Source: Candidatus Omnitrophota bacterium (GTDB taxonomy: Bacteria; Omnitrophota; Gorgyraeia; Duberdicusellales; 4484-171). Taken from it: a stretch of DNA of 56,430 bases. A model generated the notes under the pieces. It was given only the letters and a program-made list of their open reading frames with translations, was not told where the DNA came from and made no database searches. The translations under genes were made by a program, and so were the position numbers. Of this stretch, positions 19,079 through 28,753 are shown piece after piece (position 1 is the first letter of the stretch; every line of letters begins with the position of its first letter). Where the stretch lies: positions 1 to 56,430 of the forward strand of contig JAGLUN010000011.1 of assembly GCA_023134705.1 (NCBI GenBank), given 5' to 3'.

Positions 19079-19093
19079 AATTAAAAAATTCCG

Positions 19094-19738
19094 TTACCTT
19101 TTTGACATCAATACCAAAATACGATTTCCGAAATAAAATTTATTTTTTATTTTAAAGCCGCCGGAAAAAATGTTAATGATTTGACGAAAATTAAAACCCC
19201 ATACGGGGAATTGTTGACGCGAGGGATCTCTTTCCGCCGTTCTTCCGGTTAGATTTATATCTTCATAAAATAAAGGGCGCCGGGCGGGATAATCCCCCGG
19301 GCGGAAAAATTCCCGTATAATATAGAATCCCTTGGGTTTTAATACTCTTGATATTTCACTCTTGACATATTTGCGTTTTTTTATTGGTATGCAATGAAAC
19401 AAACCAAAATCTACTATAAAATCAAAATAGTTTTTCGCATATGGTAAATTTGCGGCATCTGCAACAACAAAAGAAACAGATGGGATTCTCTTTTTCGCGG
19501 CAGCAACCGCTTTTCTTGATATATCGAACCCATATACCTTAAATCCTTTTTCATTTAAAAAAATTGTATTTTTTCCAGTCCCGCATCCGGCATCTAACAC
19601 TTTGAGCTTAGGCTGAAGACACAACCGTTCAATAATGTAAATCAAATCTAGATCAATCTTCTTATATCCCCAAGGGGCTTTCTTAATACCTCTATTATAG
19701 ATTTTATTGAATAAATTATCGCTTTTATTCACAATCAA
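19094..19738 (-). CDS. Class I SAM-dependent methyltransferase
   Basis: VLDAGCGTGKNTIFL (motif I) and LKPKGFYII. TTG start preceded by AGAGGGA. Confidence 0.75.
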   Translation of the reverse strand: MIVNKSDNLFNKIYNRGIKKAPWGYKKIDLDLIYIIERLCLQPKLKVLDAGCGTGKNTIFLNEKGFKVYGFDISRKAVAAAKKRIPSVSFVVADAANLPYAKNYFDFIVDFGLFHCIPIKKRKYVKSEISRVLKPKGFYIIREFFRPGDYPARRPLFYEDINLTGRTAERDPSRQQFPVWGFNFRQIINIFSGGFKIKNKFYFGNRILVLMSKR

Positions 19739-20030
19739 TTATCCCTCTTCTTAGCAGCTATAGAACAACCCCAAGCCGCCGCAACCATTGCTCAACCAAA
19801 GCCTTTATCTATATCATCGTATCTTGCCCATTTCAAAATATAAAAGCGAATAAATTTCTCTCCTGCCAAATCTAAGAAAAACCTTGACCAGGTAAAATCC
19901 TTTCCCAATATCTCATCACAGATTATTTCTGAGGGTGCATGACAGAAATAATTTTAGGCAAATTCTTGTTTTTAAAATTAATCTTCCTAATTTCTTTTAA
20001 TTGTTTAATTCAGCCGTTAAACTTCTTAAT

Positions 20031-21275
20031 TCAAGAATAGGTTGTTTTCTTTTCTCTCTTGACCCCAGAAATCTTATCATCCCCCTCATAGCAACGGTAG
20101 CTTAGCTTTTCCTTTATATACTTTGCGGGAATATATATACACCGGAATCTATAAAATAAATATGTTTTTCTATCATAAGACTTAATCCCATAGAACTTGG
20201 CAAACTGTTCGATAGGAATATTTAAAATGTACTCTACGGGTTCTCGAAAATTATCATATAAAAGAAAATGGCTCTTTAGGTATAAATCGCGTATTTTCTC
20301 TTTTATATCCGGCAGAAACGTATTTTTCTCTATAAATTGACAGATTAGCTTTCTTTTGTAAAAAGGAATCGCCAAATTTTTTAGAATATCTTTGGATATA
20401 CTAAGACCGAAAAAAAAATTTGCCTGAGATAAAATAAAGAATACCGTTGTACGCATGTTCCCGCTTTTCGCCTCTTTTAAAACATAGTCCCAGTCAAAAT
20501 TGCTGTATTTCTTTAACAACAAAAATAAATCAAAAACACTTTTCATGCATAGAACTTTCCCTAACCTGCGGTTATGCAGTGCTAAACTAAAAAATGTATC
20601 TTCACAAGAAAGCGAATACATGCTCCGGTTATCTATATCAACTCTTCTCAATCGACTCCACAACAGGGGGAGAATATCTTTCTTCCTTTTATAATCCAAT
20701 CGCCAATGCAGCTCAACTATAGCAGAAAGTCTTGAATGATTTCTCTTTAAAAAAATTATATGATATTGTTTCTCTCTCCAATAATTTTCTTTTAACCCTG
20801 CTGATTCTCTTTCATAACCCAAATTGTATAAAATTTCTTCGGCTTTTAAAATATCCTTGTTCTTTACCAAGAGATCAATATCGCCTATGTTTCTCAACGA
20901 AGGATTAGAGTAAATATCTTTAAATAATGCCATTCCTTTTACAGGGATTAAAACAATATCTTTCTGTCCGAAAATTTCTATCAATCTTAAAAACTCTCCC
21001 CATAAACATTCGTTTCTTAAAGTACCGTAGTAATATTTGTTTTTTAAAAATCGCCTGAAATCCCGAGGCAATAGATCAAAGTATTCTTTCAATACTGAAT
21101 AGCCAAGGGAAACAATCTCATGATAAATCATACAATTTTTAACTTTTTCCCAATCAAGTCCCTTTAAATTAAGTAATTTTTCGATATTGTCCCTTTCTCC
21201 GCCGGAACATATCTCTCTTACTATTGACAAAATAAATTCTCTTTCAATATTCATATCTAAATATCCATACCCCAT
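20031..21275 (-). CDS. Uncharacterised nucleotidyltransferase-family protein (NTP_transf_5-like), paralog 1
   Basis: IPVKGMALFKDIYSNPSLRNIGDIDLLVKNKDILKAEEILYNLGY and ELHWRLD. Paralogs lie at 40713-42005 and 47144-48352. The real start is probably MNIERE (21254). Confidence 0.7.
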   Translation of the reverse strand: MGYGYLDMNIEREFILSIVREICSGGERDNIEKLLNLKGLDWEKVKNCMIYHEIVSLGYSVLKEYFDLLPRDFRRFLKNKYYYGTLRNECLWGEFLRLIEIFGQKDIVLIPVKGMALFKDIYSNPSLRNIGDIDLLVKNKDILKAEEILYNLGYERESAGLKENYWREKQYHIIFLKRNHSRLSAIVELHWRLDYKRKKDILPLLWSRLRRVDIDNRSMYSLSCEDTFFSLALHNRRLGKVLCMKSVFDLFLLLKKYSNFDWDYVLKEAKSGNMRTTVFFILSQANFFFGLSISKDILKNLAIPFYKRKLICQFIEKNTFLPDIKEKIRDLYLKSHFLLYDNFREPVEYILNIPIEQFAKFYGIKSYDRKTYLFYRFRCIYIPAKYIKEKLSYRCYEGDDKISGVKREKKTTYS

Positions 21276-22722
21276 CCATTTTTTGAGAATAGCTTAATTT
21301 GAAATTCTCATCTAACCAACCCTTGACTGCGGATGAATTCTCATCTAAATTCCCATCTCTTGCCCAATTAGAAGCTATAATCCATAACCTTTTAAAATTG
21401 AGGCTGTTTATTCTGTGAAAAGGAATGCGATATTTACTCGCTCTTACAGGCCTCCCCCAAGATGAATCAGAAATTTCTGGATCAAAAAAGTAGTAAAAAC
21501 CTCTTTTTTCTGAATAATACTTAAATGGTACTGCTACACAGGGATTTGTAAATGCCACTAAATCTTCTTTCTTGCGATTACGATTAATGAATTGAACTAT
21601 AGGCCTGACAGGTTTTTTTATATAAGTTCCCATGTGGTGATCAAGAACGGTTGGCATCCAGTCCTTAAAATAGGCGTAATCAGAGGTAAAAAGTAAAAAT
21701 AAGAAAAGAACGAACATTGGCAATTTTAAGTATTTCCCTAATGAGACTATTCCTAAAGACAGGATTAAATAAAAATAAGGGCTAAAAATTATAAAGGTAC
21801 GGTCAAGATAAACTGAAAATAATATTTTAGAAAAAATAAAAATTGAAACTATCGGTATTAAAAATAGGAATAAACAAAAAATTAGATTAAACCTCAATCC
21901 TCTATCGCGTAAATTAATCATTGCCCGGATAAAAAATATTGTTGCTAAAATACCGGCGGCAAGATATAGGAAAGAATTAACGTTATATCCTAGAATAAAA
22001 GTTTCTATAGTTATAATTATTGACTTAAAACTAGGGCAAGGAATCCAAAACCCTCCCCAGACATAAAAAAATTTACTTAAAAAACGCTCAAGATAAGGCA
22101 AGAAACATAATCCTATAATTAAAAAAGGAATCATATTTTTAAGATTTAATTTTAATTTTTTAAAAAATACAAAGATGTATAAAATTTGCGCAATAAAAAG
22201 AAAAATAAAAAAATAATTTGTATATATCCCTAAGACGGAGCTTAAAATAAAAACCAGCCAAAATTTAGCTTTTCCTCTTTTTATCGCCTTAAAAAGAAAA
22301 TAAGAAGAAAGTAACCCCAGAAATAGAATTAAGCTATAATCCCTTGCTTCTTGAGCATACCAGAGATGAAACGGACTAACCCCCATAATTAAAGCCGCAC
22401 ATATACCAACTCTTTTATTGAATAAATCTCTTCCCAAAAAGAAAATCAAAATTACGGATAGAAAGCTAAAAATTAGTGAAGGAAAGCGCAGGCTAAATTC
22501 TGAAATGCCGAACAGTTTTATCCAGGAATGAAGCAGTATCCAGTAAAACGGCGCGTTCCAATTAGACCAAGGATGTTTAGCATAACTAATCGTAAAAATT
22601 TCATCATACCAAAAGTCATGGTAACCTAATTTATACAATCTCAGAAGAAATAAAATGGTAAAGAAAAGAATAAATAAACCTCTTCTTATTGAACAAAAAT
22701 TCCTTATTTGAAATCTTTTCAT
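21244..22722 (-). CDS. GT-C fold glycosyltransferase (ArnT / PMT family-39-like), paralog 1
   Basis: 492 aa and polytopic. YDEIFT, FGISEFSLRFPSLIFS and SPFHLWYAQEARDYS are typical of the dolichyl/undecaprenyl-phosphate-sugar-dependent GT39/83 class. Confidence 0.75.
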   Translation of the reverse strand: MKRFQIRNFCSIRRGLFILFFTILFLLRLYKLGYHDFWYDEIFTISYAKHPWSNWNAPFYWILLHSWIKLFGISEFSLRFPSLIFSFLSVILIFFLGRDLFNKRVGICAALIMGVSPFHLWYAQEARDYSLILFLGLLSSYFLFKAIKRGKAKFWLVFILSSVLGIYTNYFFIFLFIAQILYIFVFFKKLKLNLKNMIPFLIIGLCFLPYLERFLSKFFYVWGGFWIPCPSFKSIIITIETFILGYNVNSFLYLAAGILATIFFIRAMINLRDRGLRFNLIFCLFLFLIPIVSIFIFSKILFSVYLDRTFIIFSPYFYLILSLGIVSLGKYLKLPMFVLFLFLLFTSDYAYFKDWMPTVLDHHMGTYIKKPVRPIVQFINRNRKKEDLVAFTNPCVAVPFKYYSEKRGFYYFFDPEISDSSWGRPVRASKYRIPFHRINSLNFKRLWIIASNWARDGNLDENSSAVKGWLDENFKLSYSQKMDGVWIFRYEY

Positions 22723-23405
22723 TGAATTATTGAAGTGGATATAAAGACTCTTAAGAATTTGAAACTATCTTTAAAAATTGAAAAGTGAGATCTACCAAAT
22801 CTTCTCTCTTCCCACACGGTAGGAATTTCTGCGATCTTATATCCATAAAAATACGCTTTCAAAACTACCTCCATAGAAATTTCAAAACCCTTGCTTTTTA
22901 TCTTTATATTTTCGAAAATAGTTTTTCTATAAGCTTTAAAAGGATTGGTTGAATCTAAAGTAGGTATTTTTGTTATTGCATGAATTAGGCAGTTAAAATA
23001 TCTCGAAAGGATAGTTTTTAAGAAAAAACTGTTCTTTCTTTTTCCCCTTCTCATATATCGTGAAGCGCAAATAATATCACACCCCATGGATATCCCTTTA
23101 CACATCCTGGGTATAATATCAATTTCATCAGATCCATCGCTCATCACAGGAACAATGATATCACCTTTTGCCATATTTATACCAATCTCCAAGGATTCAG
23201 CAAACCCCTTTCTGTATTTGTTGACGATGATTTTAAATTCAGGAAAAGGTAGCGATAGTTTCTCCATGATTTCAAAACTACCGTCAGAGGAGTTATCGTC
23301 AATTACGATTACTTCATAATCCTCCTTGAACTTCCCCTGCAAATTAAACAAGATTTGCTCTATACTTTCTTTCTCATTATGCACAGGGATTATAATGCTT
23401 ATCAT
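22719..23405 (-). CDS. GT2 glycosyltransferase (polyprenyl-phosphate sugar synthase-like; ArnC/GtrB/DPM1 type), paralog 1
   Basis: MISIIIPVHNE...VIVIDDNSSDGS...DGSDE (DxD region). 4-nt overlap with the downstream GT-C gene. Confidence 0.8.
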   Translation of the reverse strand: MISIIIPVHNEKESIEQILFNLQGKFKEDYEVIVIDDNSSDGSFEIMEKLSLPFPEFKIIVNKYRKGFAESLEIGINMAKGDIIVPVMSDGSDEIDIIPRMCKGISMGCDIICASRYMRRGKRKNSFFLKTILSRYFNCLIHAITKIPTLDSTNPFKAYRKTIFENIKIKSKGFEISMEVVLKAYFYGYKIAEIPTVWEERRFGRSHFSIFKDSFKFLRVFISTSIIQ

Positions 23406-23703
23406 TGGTTATATTTACTTTATGCTTTCTCTAAGAGACCTCTTCTTTTTCTTTAAGATTCCAACCATATTTTTCCAGTATACTGCTTGGCTTCTTCTAA
23501 ATCTGAAAAAAAAGGATTTTGTGAATTAACTACCTTGCGCCAAAAGCGCAGGACATGCAATATCTTTTCTACCAAACCCGCAATTGTACTTCTTGCAGTA
23601 ACCTTTGTGTAGGTTAACCATCAGCGCCTATGTTACTTTGAAAACCTTTCTCTCTCCATAAGGACACCCTCGGTAAGACCACAGCCACAGGGAATAATCA
23701 AGT

Positions 23704-25527
23704 TTAATAAAAAGAAAGAGTTCCTTCTTTTTTCGCCTTTATGAGCGCTCGTTTATAAAGATAGAGGCTCAAAGGAAATAAAATCAAAAAGAACAAAAGA
23801 AGGATTTTGATATAATAAAATATCTCCAAAAATCCGGGCGATGAAAACAAGCACAATCTTATTCCTTTAAGGGCATAAGTCAAAGGAATCAGATAAGAAA
23901 TTAATTTTAAAAGAAAAGGTAAAATTTTAACAGGATAATACACTCCTCCCAAAAGGCCCATTAGATTACCCATAAAGAAATCAATAGGGTCACCTCTCTT
24001 AAAAATCATTATAAAGGACGAAGAAATAATTCCTATAGAAGAAAAAACCCCGACAGTCAATAAAAATATAATCACTACCCAGAGCAAATTAAACAAATTG
24101 AAATAAAACTTTACCCCTAAAAATAAACCCACTGTTAGATACACAAAAAACCTGAAAGAAGAAAGGAGAAAAAAATAGCTGTTGGAAGAAAACAGATATT
24201 CAAGTATCGATATAGGAGAGATTAAGATTTGTTCGATTATACCCAAAACCTGGGCCTTGCGAAGGCTCAAAGAAAAACCCCCTAAAGAGGTATTAATGAA
24301 TCCCAAAAAAGCCAATCCAACTAATACAAAGGAAAAATAATTTTCTGAGGCAAAATCAAAACTTATATCATTTTTATAAAAAAGTTTTGAGATGAAATAA
24401 AAACTTAGAGAAGAAAATAATACCCCGAAAATATCTAAAGTAAAAGAAAGTTTGTAGTTTTTTTCTATTTTAAAATCCTTTTTGAAAAATAAAAGATATA
24501 AGGAAAAAAGGCGTTTCGTTTTTCGATATAAGAATGTGAAGCTCCACCGCCTCATAGCGGTGGCTTCTGTTTTTTCTTTCCCTTTAGCACTGTTAAATTC
24601 GTTCAAGAGAATATCCGATTTCTCTTCCCCCTGCTTATTCTTGAATTCTATATTATTCCAGACAAATTCTTTTTTCAAGTCTAAGCTTTCGATATTATCT
24701 TTTAAAATATCGCGGCTTCTGATTTCATCCAAATTATTAAATCTAACCTCCTGCCTTCCCTCGCGGGGATCTTTCAATGTAACAACATAGGAATAATTAA
24801 AGAATTTCTTTTTAAACTCTTTTGCGTTCCCTCTCCAAACAATCTTTCCTTCATCGAGGATTAGAATGCTTTCGCAAATACTTTCTATTTCCTCCAAGTG
24901 ATGGCTAACCCATAGAATTGTAAGATTGAACTTTTCTTTTATATCTTTGATATAATTCAAAAATTTTTGCTGGTTAACAATATCTAAATTTACCGTAGGC
25001 TCATCTAAAAACAAAATATCCGGTTTATGAAGTAAGGCCCTTGCTAAATTTAACTTTTGCTTCATTCCGCCGGATAATGAGTCAAATCTCTTAAAAAGCG
25101 TTTCTTTTAAATCCAAAACCGCGTCTATCTCGTCTATTCTTTGTTTTACCTCTTTAAAAGATAAATCATATAACCTTCCAAAAAATATCAAGTTATCGAA
25201 ACCGGTTAACCGCCAGTAAAAACTTCTCTTATTATTTAAAACTAAACCTGTCTTTTTAAGATTTAAAAAGTTGGATTTCTTATCAATTAGGACTATACCT
25301 TTATCCTGGATAATTATATTACAGATTATTTTTAAAAGAGTGGTTTTCCCTGCCCCATTTTTTCCAAAAATTCCTAAAATTTCTCCCTTTCTCACGGAAA
25401 TATTTATATCTTTTAAGACAGTTTGCTTAAATTCATCCTTTATTTTGCCGGGAAGGCAATAACTTAGCTTTTTATAAAAAGGAACGGGTTTTAAAAAATA
25501 TTTAGTGAGATTATTTATTACTAACAT
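23704..25527 (-). CDS. Fused ABC transporter: N-terminal ATPase + C-terminal ABC-2-like permease
   Basis: GIFGKNGAGKTTLLK (Walker A), LSGGMKQKLNLARAL (signature), LFLDEPTVNLD (Walker B). A hydrophobic multi-helix domain begins around aa 330. Confidence 0.85.
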   Translation of the reverse strand: MLVINNLTKYFLKPVPFYKKLSYCLPGKIKDEFKQTVLKDINISVRKGEILGIFGKNGAGKTTLLKIICNIIIQDKGIVLIDKKSNFLNLKKTGLVLNNKRSFYWRLTGFDNLIFFGRLYDLSFKEVKQRIDEIDAVLDLKETLFKRFDSLSGGMKQKLNLARALLHKPDILFLDEPTVNLDIVNQQKFLNYIKDIKEKFNLTILWVSHHLEEIESICESILILDEGKIVWRGNAKEFKKKFFNYSYVVTLKDPREGRQEVRFNNLDEIRSRDILKDNIESLDLKKEFVWNNIEFKNKQGEEKSDILLNEFNSAKGKEKTEATAMRRWSFTFLYRKTKRLFSLYLLFFKKDFKIEKNYKLSFTLDIFGVLFSSLSFYFISKLFYKNDISFDFASENYFSFVLVGLAFLGFINTSLGGFSLSLRKAQVLGIIEQILISPISILEYLFSSNSYFFLLSSFRFFVYLTVGLFLGVKFYFNLFNLLWVVIIFLLTVGVFSSIGIISSSFIMIFKRGDPIDFFMGNLMGLLGGVYYPVKILPFLLKLISYLIPLTYALKGIRLCLFSSPGFLEIFYYIKILLLFFLILFPLSLYLYKRALIKAKKEGTLSFY

Positions 25528-25619
25528 AGTTTACAAAATAAGGTTCGCATAGAATTAAACATAATTACCATCTCTTTCCCCTTCTTTTCTTTTAGGCCGC
25601 TAAGTTTAAGTTGCTAATA

Positions 25620-25945
25620 CAGTAGGCATTATTTGCCCGAATACTCTAACAGGCAGGCTTTGCACGGGCCGACCCCAAATTTTCCTTTTAAAATTTGGCT
25701 TGTACCCGTAAGGGTATTAGGGTAAAAGGTCGGGGTAACCGGGGAAAATGCCGCGTCTTTTTTGTACAACTACCTTTTGTTCTAATTCTTTATCTTCCCG
25801 AATGTTATAAGCTTTTCCACCTACGGTGGAACCGGAGGTGGATCCTTCGGAATGCCTCTGCAAAGGCATTTTCCCGGTTAAGGTTCTTACATTATATCAA
25901 ATTTTCTTATGTAGTACGAATCTATTTTCAAACGGAAAATTGATA
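25620..25945 (-). promoter_or_regulatory. Duplicated promoter + long 5' leader element, copy 2 (upstream of the fused ABC transporter)
   Basis: Near-identical to 11133-11430. It has TGATATAAT (25891-25899), the ATTTTC-N5-GAAAAT palindrome (25924-25940) and the same hairpins. The CCAAAUUUU/AAAAUUUGG stem is kept (25675-25698) but with a different loop, and there is an extra hairpin at ~25699-25729. Confidence 0.6.
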
Positions 25946-26398
25946 TTACTCTATTTATAAAAAATTTTCTCCGCCAGACAAGATAAAGCTTAGCTCAATT
26001 GAGCAAAAAGTTATTGTCGGCAGCCGGAAAGATGATACTATAAGAATAGTATTTGGACGGTTGACTATTTAATAAAAAATGTTTGTCGTGATTAAAACAT
26101 GCTGGGAAAAGAATATTTTCGAATTTTAGCCCCTTTTACAACCATAAGGAGCAATCTAAATATTCTAATTCCGACAGATAATGAAGCTACTTGGGCTTGT
26201 GTCCGCGGTTTCCTGAGTACCGCTCCTTAAGGAACGAAATCCCTACCCGCTTCCATCCCCGGTAAATCCGCAGTAAAGTGGCGCTGGTGCTATTATGCAA
26301 CAGTCTCAAAGTACATTCTATTGCATTTTGCACTGGATATTCAAAAGGATTTAGGCGGGATTCACTGAATATTTACTTTCCTCCTTCCTTCCTATAGT

Positions 26399-26417
26399 GG
26401 GGTTTGACCCCTTTTTT
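26399..26417 (+). terminator. Weak candidate intrinsic terminator (plus strand)
   Basis: GGGGT-TTG-ACCCC followed by TTTTTT. The stem is only 5 bp. It closes an ORF-free ~530-nt region. Confidence 0.3.
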
Positions 26418-26478
26418 CTTATCTCTTTAATCATTATAGTTTGACAATTTAACCGTTTACTGATTTGCCGCATCTCTT

Positions 26479-28236
26479 TTAACCTGCTTTTTGTTTCGCC
26501 TGCCCCGAGAACAAATGAAAAAATTCTTTATTATTATTGACTAAATTTAGCGCATTATCTATTATTATTTCACCTCTATTTGCGAAAAAATAGACCGATT
26601 CCGCGCACATAACCGTAGATAGGCGGTGAGATACGACAATCAAAGTCATTCTTTTATTATATAACTTCGTATTTACCAATATTTCTTCTTCGCTAGATGA
26701 ATCCATTGACGACATAGCCTCATCAAGAATAAGAATCTTTGGTTTTCTGAGCAATGCCCTGGCAATAGTAATTTTTTGTTTTTGGCCTTCGGAAATTTTA
26801 CAGGCATTCTCGCCGATTAAAGTATTATATCTATTTGGTAAATCGTTAACAAATTTATCTATGGTGCAAATCTTAGCAATTTCTGTTATCTCTTCTATGC
26901 CGGCATCGGCTTTGCCATACCTTATATTATTTTCTATAGTATCATTCCATAAAAACGGCTCTTGTAAAGCTATTCCAATTTGCCCCCTTAAGGAACTAAA
27001 CTTTATCTCTTTTATATTGCATCCATCGATTATAATATCTCCTGACCAGGGGTCATATAATCTCAAGAGCAGATTTAATATTGTTGTTTTGCCGCATCCT
27101 GAAGGCCCGGCCAGGGCAATATGAGAACCGCCGTCTATGTTAAAATCGATAGCGGATAATACAGGCTCTCCCTGTTTATATCCAAAACTAACATCTCTGA
27201 ATACTATCCCGCCTTTTTTGAATATTGCGCTCCTGGCATTTTTTTTCTCCACTATTTTGGGGCGTTGAGCCAGGATTTGTTCTACGCGCCGGCAAGACAC
27301 CAATCCCAAGGCTATATTTTGAAAGAATCCGGCAAAACTACTCTGCAAACCGATTAACTGGCCTATATAAAGCATTATTGCCGTTAAACTGCCCAAGGTC
27401 ATTTGCCCTTTTATCACCTGATAACCTCCATAAAAGGAAATTAACCCGATAACTACCTTGTTAACCGCACTCCCGGCAAAACCGCTTATAACCTCTAATC
27501 TTGTATTCTTGAGGCTCATTCTTATATTAGCTATTTTTCTCCTTAAATAATCCCTTGTCTCAGCCCCCTCCTTGGCAAATGCCTTAACCAATTGGATGTG
27601 GGAAAAAACCTCATTTAGCCGCTTAAAGATATCTTCGGAATTCCTGATTAAATCTTCCCAGACTCTTCTCATCCTTTTGGTAAAATAATAAGGCGGCAGA
27701 TATAGAAGCGGAGCAAGGCAAAGAGAAAAAACAGCCATTTGCCAGTTAAGGCGCAGGACAATAATCAGAATAAACAATAGCTTGGGAAAGGTAGCAATAA
27801 CCTGAGGCGGGGTTGTGGTTATAAAATCAGCAACTCTATCTATATCATAACTGCTCCTATAAAGATGCTCCCCCGTAGATTTATTCTGAAAGTAATTCAG
27901 GTCAAGTTTTTCTAAATGCTTGAAAACCCGCTTATTCAAATCAAAGTTCACCTTAATCTTTATCTGCCTATCCAGATAATTCTTCAGCCCGCTCACCAAC
28001 CCACTTAAGACAAAGATAACTCCTCCGATTAAAGCCAGAATGATAAAAACCCTTAAATTCTTATTGCCAAAGGCCCTGTCTATAACCAACTTGGTAAGAT
28101 AGGGATTCACCAGACCCAAAAGAACCCCTATCCCGCTTAAGCCGACTATTACCCCCTCCTTTTTCCAGTAAGACAGAAGATGCTTAGTAAATTTCAGGAA
28201 TAGCTTAAACTGAGTTTTGTCTAATATATTCTTCAT
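26479..28236 (-). CDS. ABC exporter, fused transmembrane + ATPase (MsbA/bacteriocin-exporter type, no peptidase domain)
   Basis: 585 aa. The N-terminal six-helix TMD is followed by GPSGCGKTT (Walker A), ISEGQKQKITIARAL (signature-like) and ILILDEAMSSMD (Walker B). Confidence 0.85.
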   Translation of the reverse strand: MKNILDKTQFKLFLKFTKHLLSYWKKEGVIVGLSGIGVLLGLVNPYLTKLVIDRAFGNKNLRVFIILALIGGVIFVLSGLVSGLKNYLDRQIKIKVNFDLNKRVFKHLEKLDLNYFQNKSTGEHLYRSSYDIDRVADFITTTPPQVIATFPKLLFILIIVLRLNWQMAVFSLCLAPLLYLPPYYFTKRMRRVWEDLIRNSEDIFKRLNEVFSHIQLVKAFAKEGAETRDYLRRKIANIRMSLKNTRLEVISGFAGSAVNKVVIGLISFYGGYQVIKGQMTLGSLTAIMLYIGQLIGLQSSFAGFFQNIALGLVSCRRVEQILAQRPKIVEKKNARSAIFKKGGIVFRDVSFGYKQGEPVLSAIDFNIDGGSHIALAGPSGCGKTTILNLLLRLYDPWSGDIIIDGCNIKEIKFSSLRGQIGIALQEPFLWNDTIENNIRYGKADAGIEEITEIAKICTIDKFVNDLPNRYNTLIGENACKISEGQKQKITIARALLRKPKILILDEAMSSMDSSSEEEILVNTKLYNKRMTLIVVSHRLSTVMCAESVYFFANRGEIIIDNALNLVNNNKEFFHLFSGQAKQKAG

Positions 28237-28314
28237 TGTTAAATTGTTTCAGCCAAAGGTTGATCCGCTTGGCGGGCCTCTGGCGGAAAATTGCTGAATG
28301 CCACATTGTTACAT

Positions 28315-28716
28315 TCAAACTGTTTCGCAATTAAGGCGAAACAGTTTGTGATTCTTTTTTTTAACAAGCCTATAAAAATAGAATGTTTTAAATCCTGCCA
28401 GATCCATTCCTTGATTTGTTCTTAAAAGTTTAGTTTTTTGAGGATGCAATTGGAGTTTAAGGCGTTCCAATAAGAAATCCTTTATTCTTTTATGAGAATT
28501 GGCTATTTTTTTATAAGATCTGTCCAAAACAACAAAATCGTCACAATACCTTAGATAAAATTTCTTCCTTAAGTTATGTTTTACAAAATAGTCCAGTTCA
28601 TTCAGATAAATATTGGCAAAGAGCTGTGAAACAGAACTACCCACGGCTATACCCTTACTTCCGGAACAAAAAGAAAGCATCTTTTCTATCAGCTTTATTA
28701 CCCTTCCATATTCCAA
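28315..28716 (-). pseudogene. N-terminally truncated reverse transcriptase, DGR-like (motifs 4-7 and thumb only)
   Basis: GIAVGSSVSQLFANIYLNELDYFVK has SQ where group II RTs have SP. RYCDDFVVL is the YxDD box, and LQLHPQKTKL follows. The frame is closed 4 codons upstream of the TTG start, and only ~37 nt separate it from the P1 stop, so motifs 1-3 are absent. Confidence 0.6.
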
Positions 28717-28753
28717 ATAACCAAATTATCAAATCTCCAAAAAACAAAAGGGC

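Noticed and set aside
19739-20030. Tiny minus-strand ORFs (14-25 aa, for example MVAAAWGCSIAAKKRDN) in the gap upstream of the locus I methyltransferase
   Set aside because: They are too short, lack convincing SDs and do not resemble the other precursors, so I did not call them.
23526-23621. 31-aa Cys-containing minus-strand ORF (MVNLHKGYCKKYNCGFGRKDIACPALLAQGS) between the ABC and GT2 genes
   Set aside because: It has a weak SD and no partner maturase. The segment is simply deleted in the duplicated copy (44086/44087 junction), so the evidence is insufficient.
25695-25943. 82-aa plus-strand ORF inside leader copy 2
   Set aside because: It is not open in copy 1, it runs antisense to the promoter and leader, and it has no SD.
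26190-26300. GC-rich segment as a group II intron domain V/VI or a DGR template repeat
   Set aside because: It has no 34-nt domain V-like helix with an AGC triad and GNRA loop. I could not see any similarity to the P1, P2 or P3 cores.
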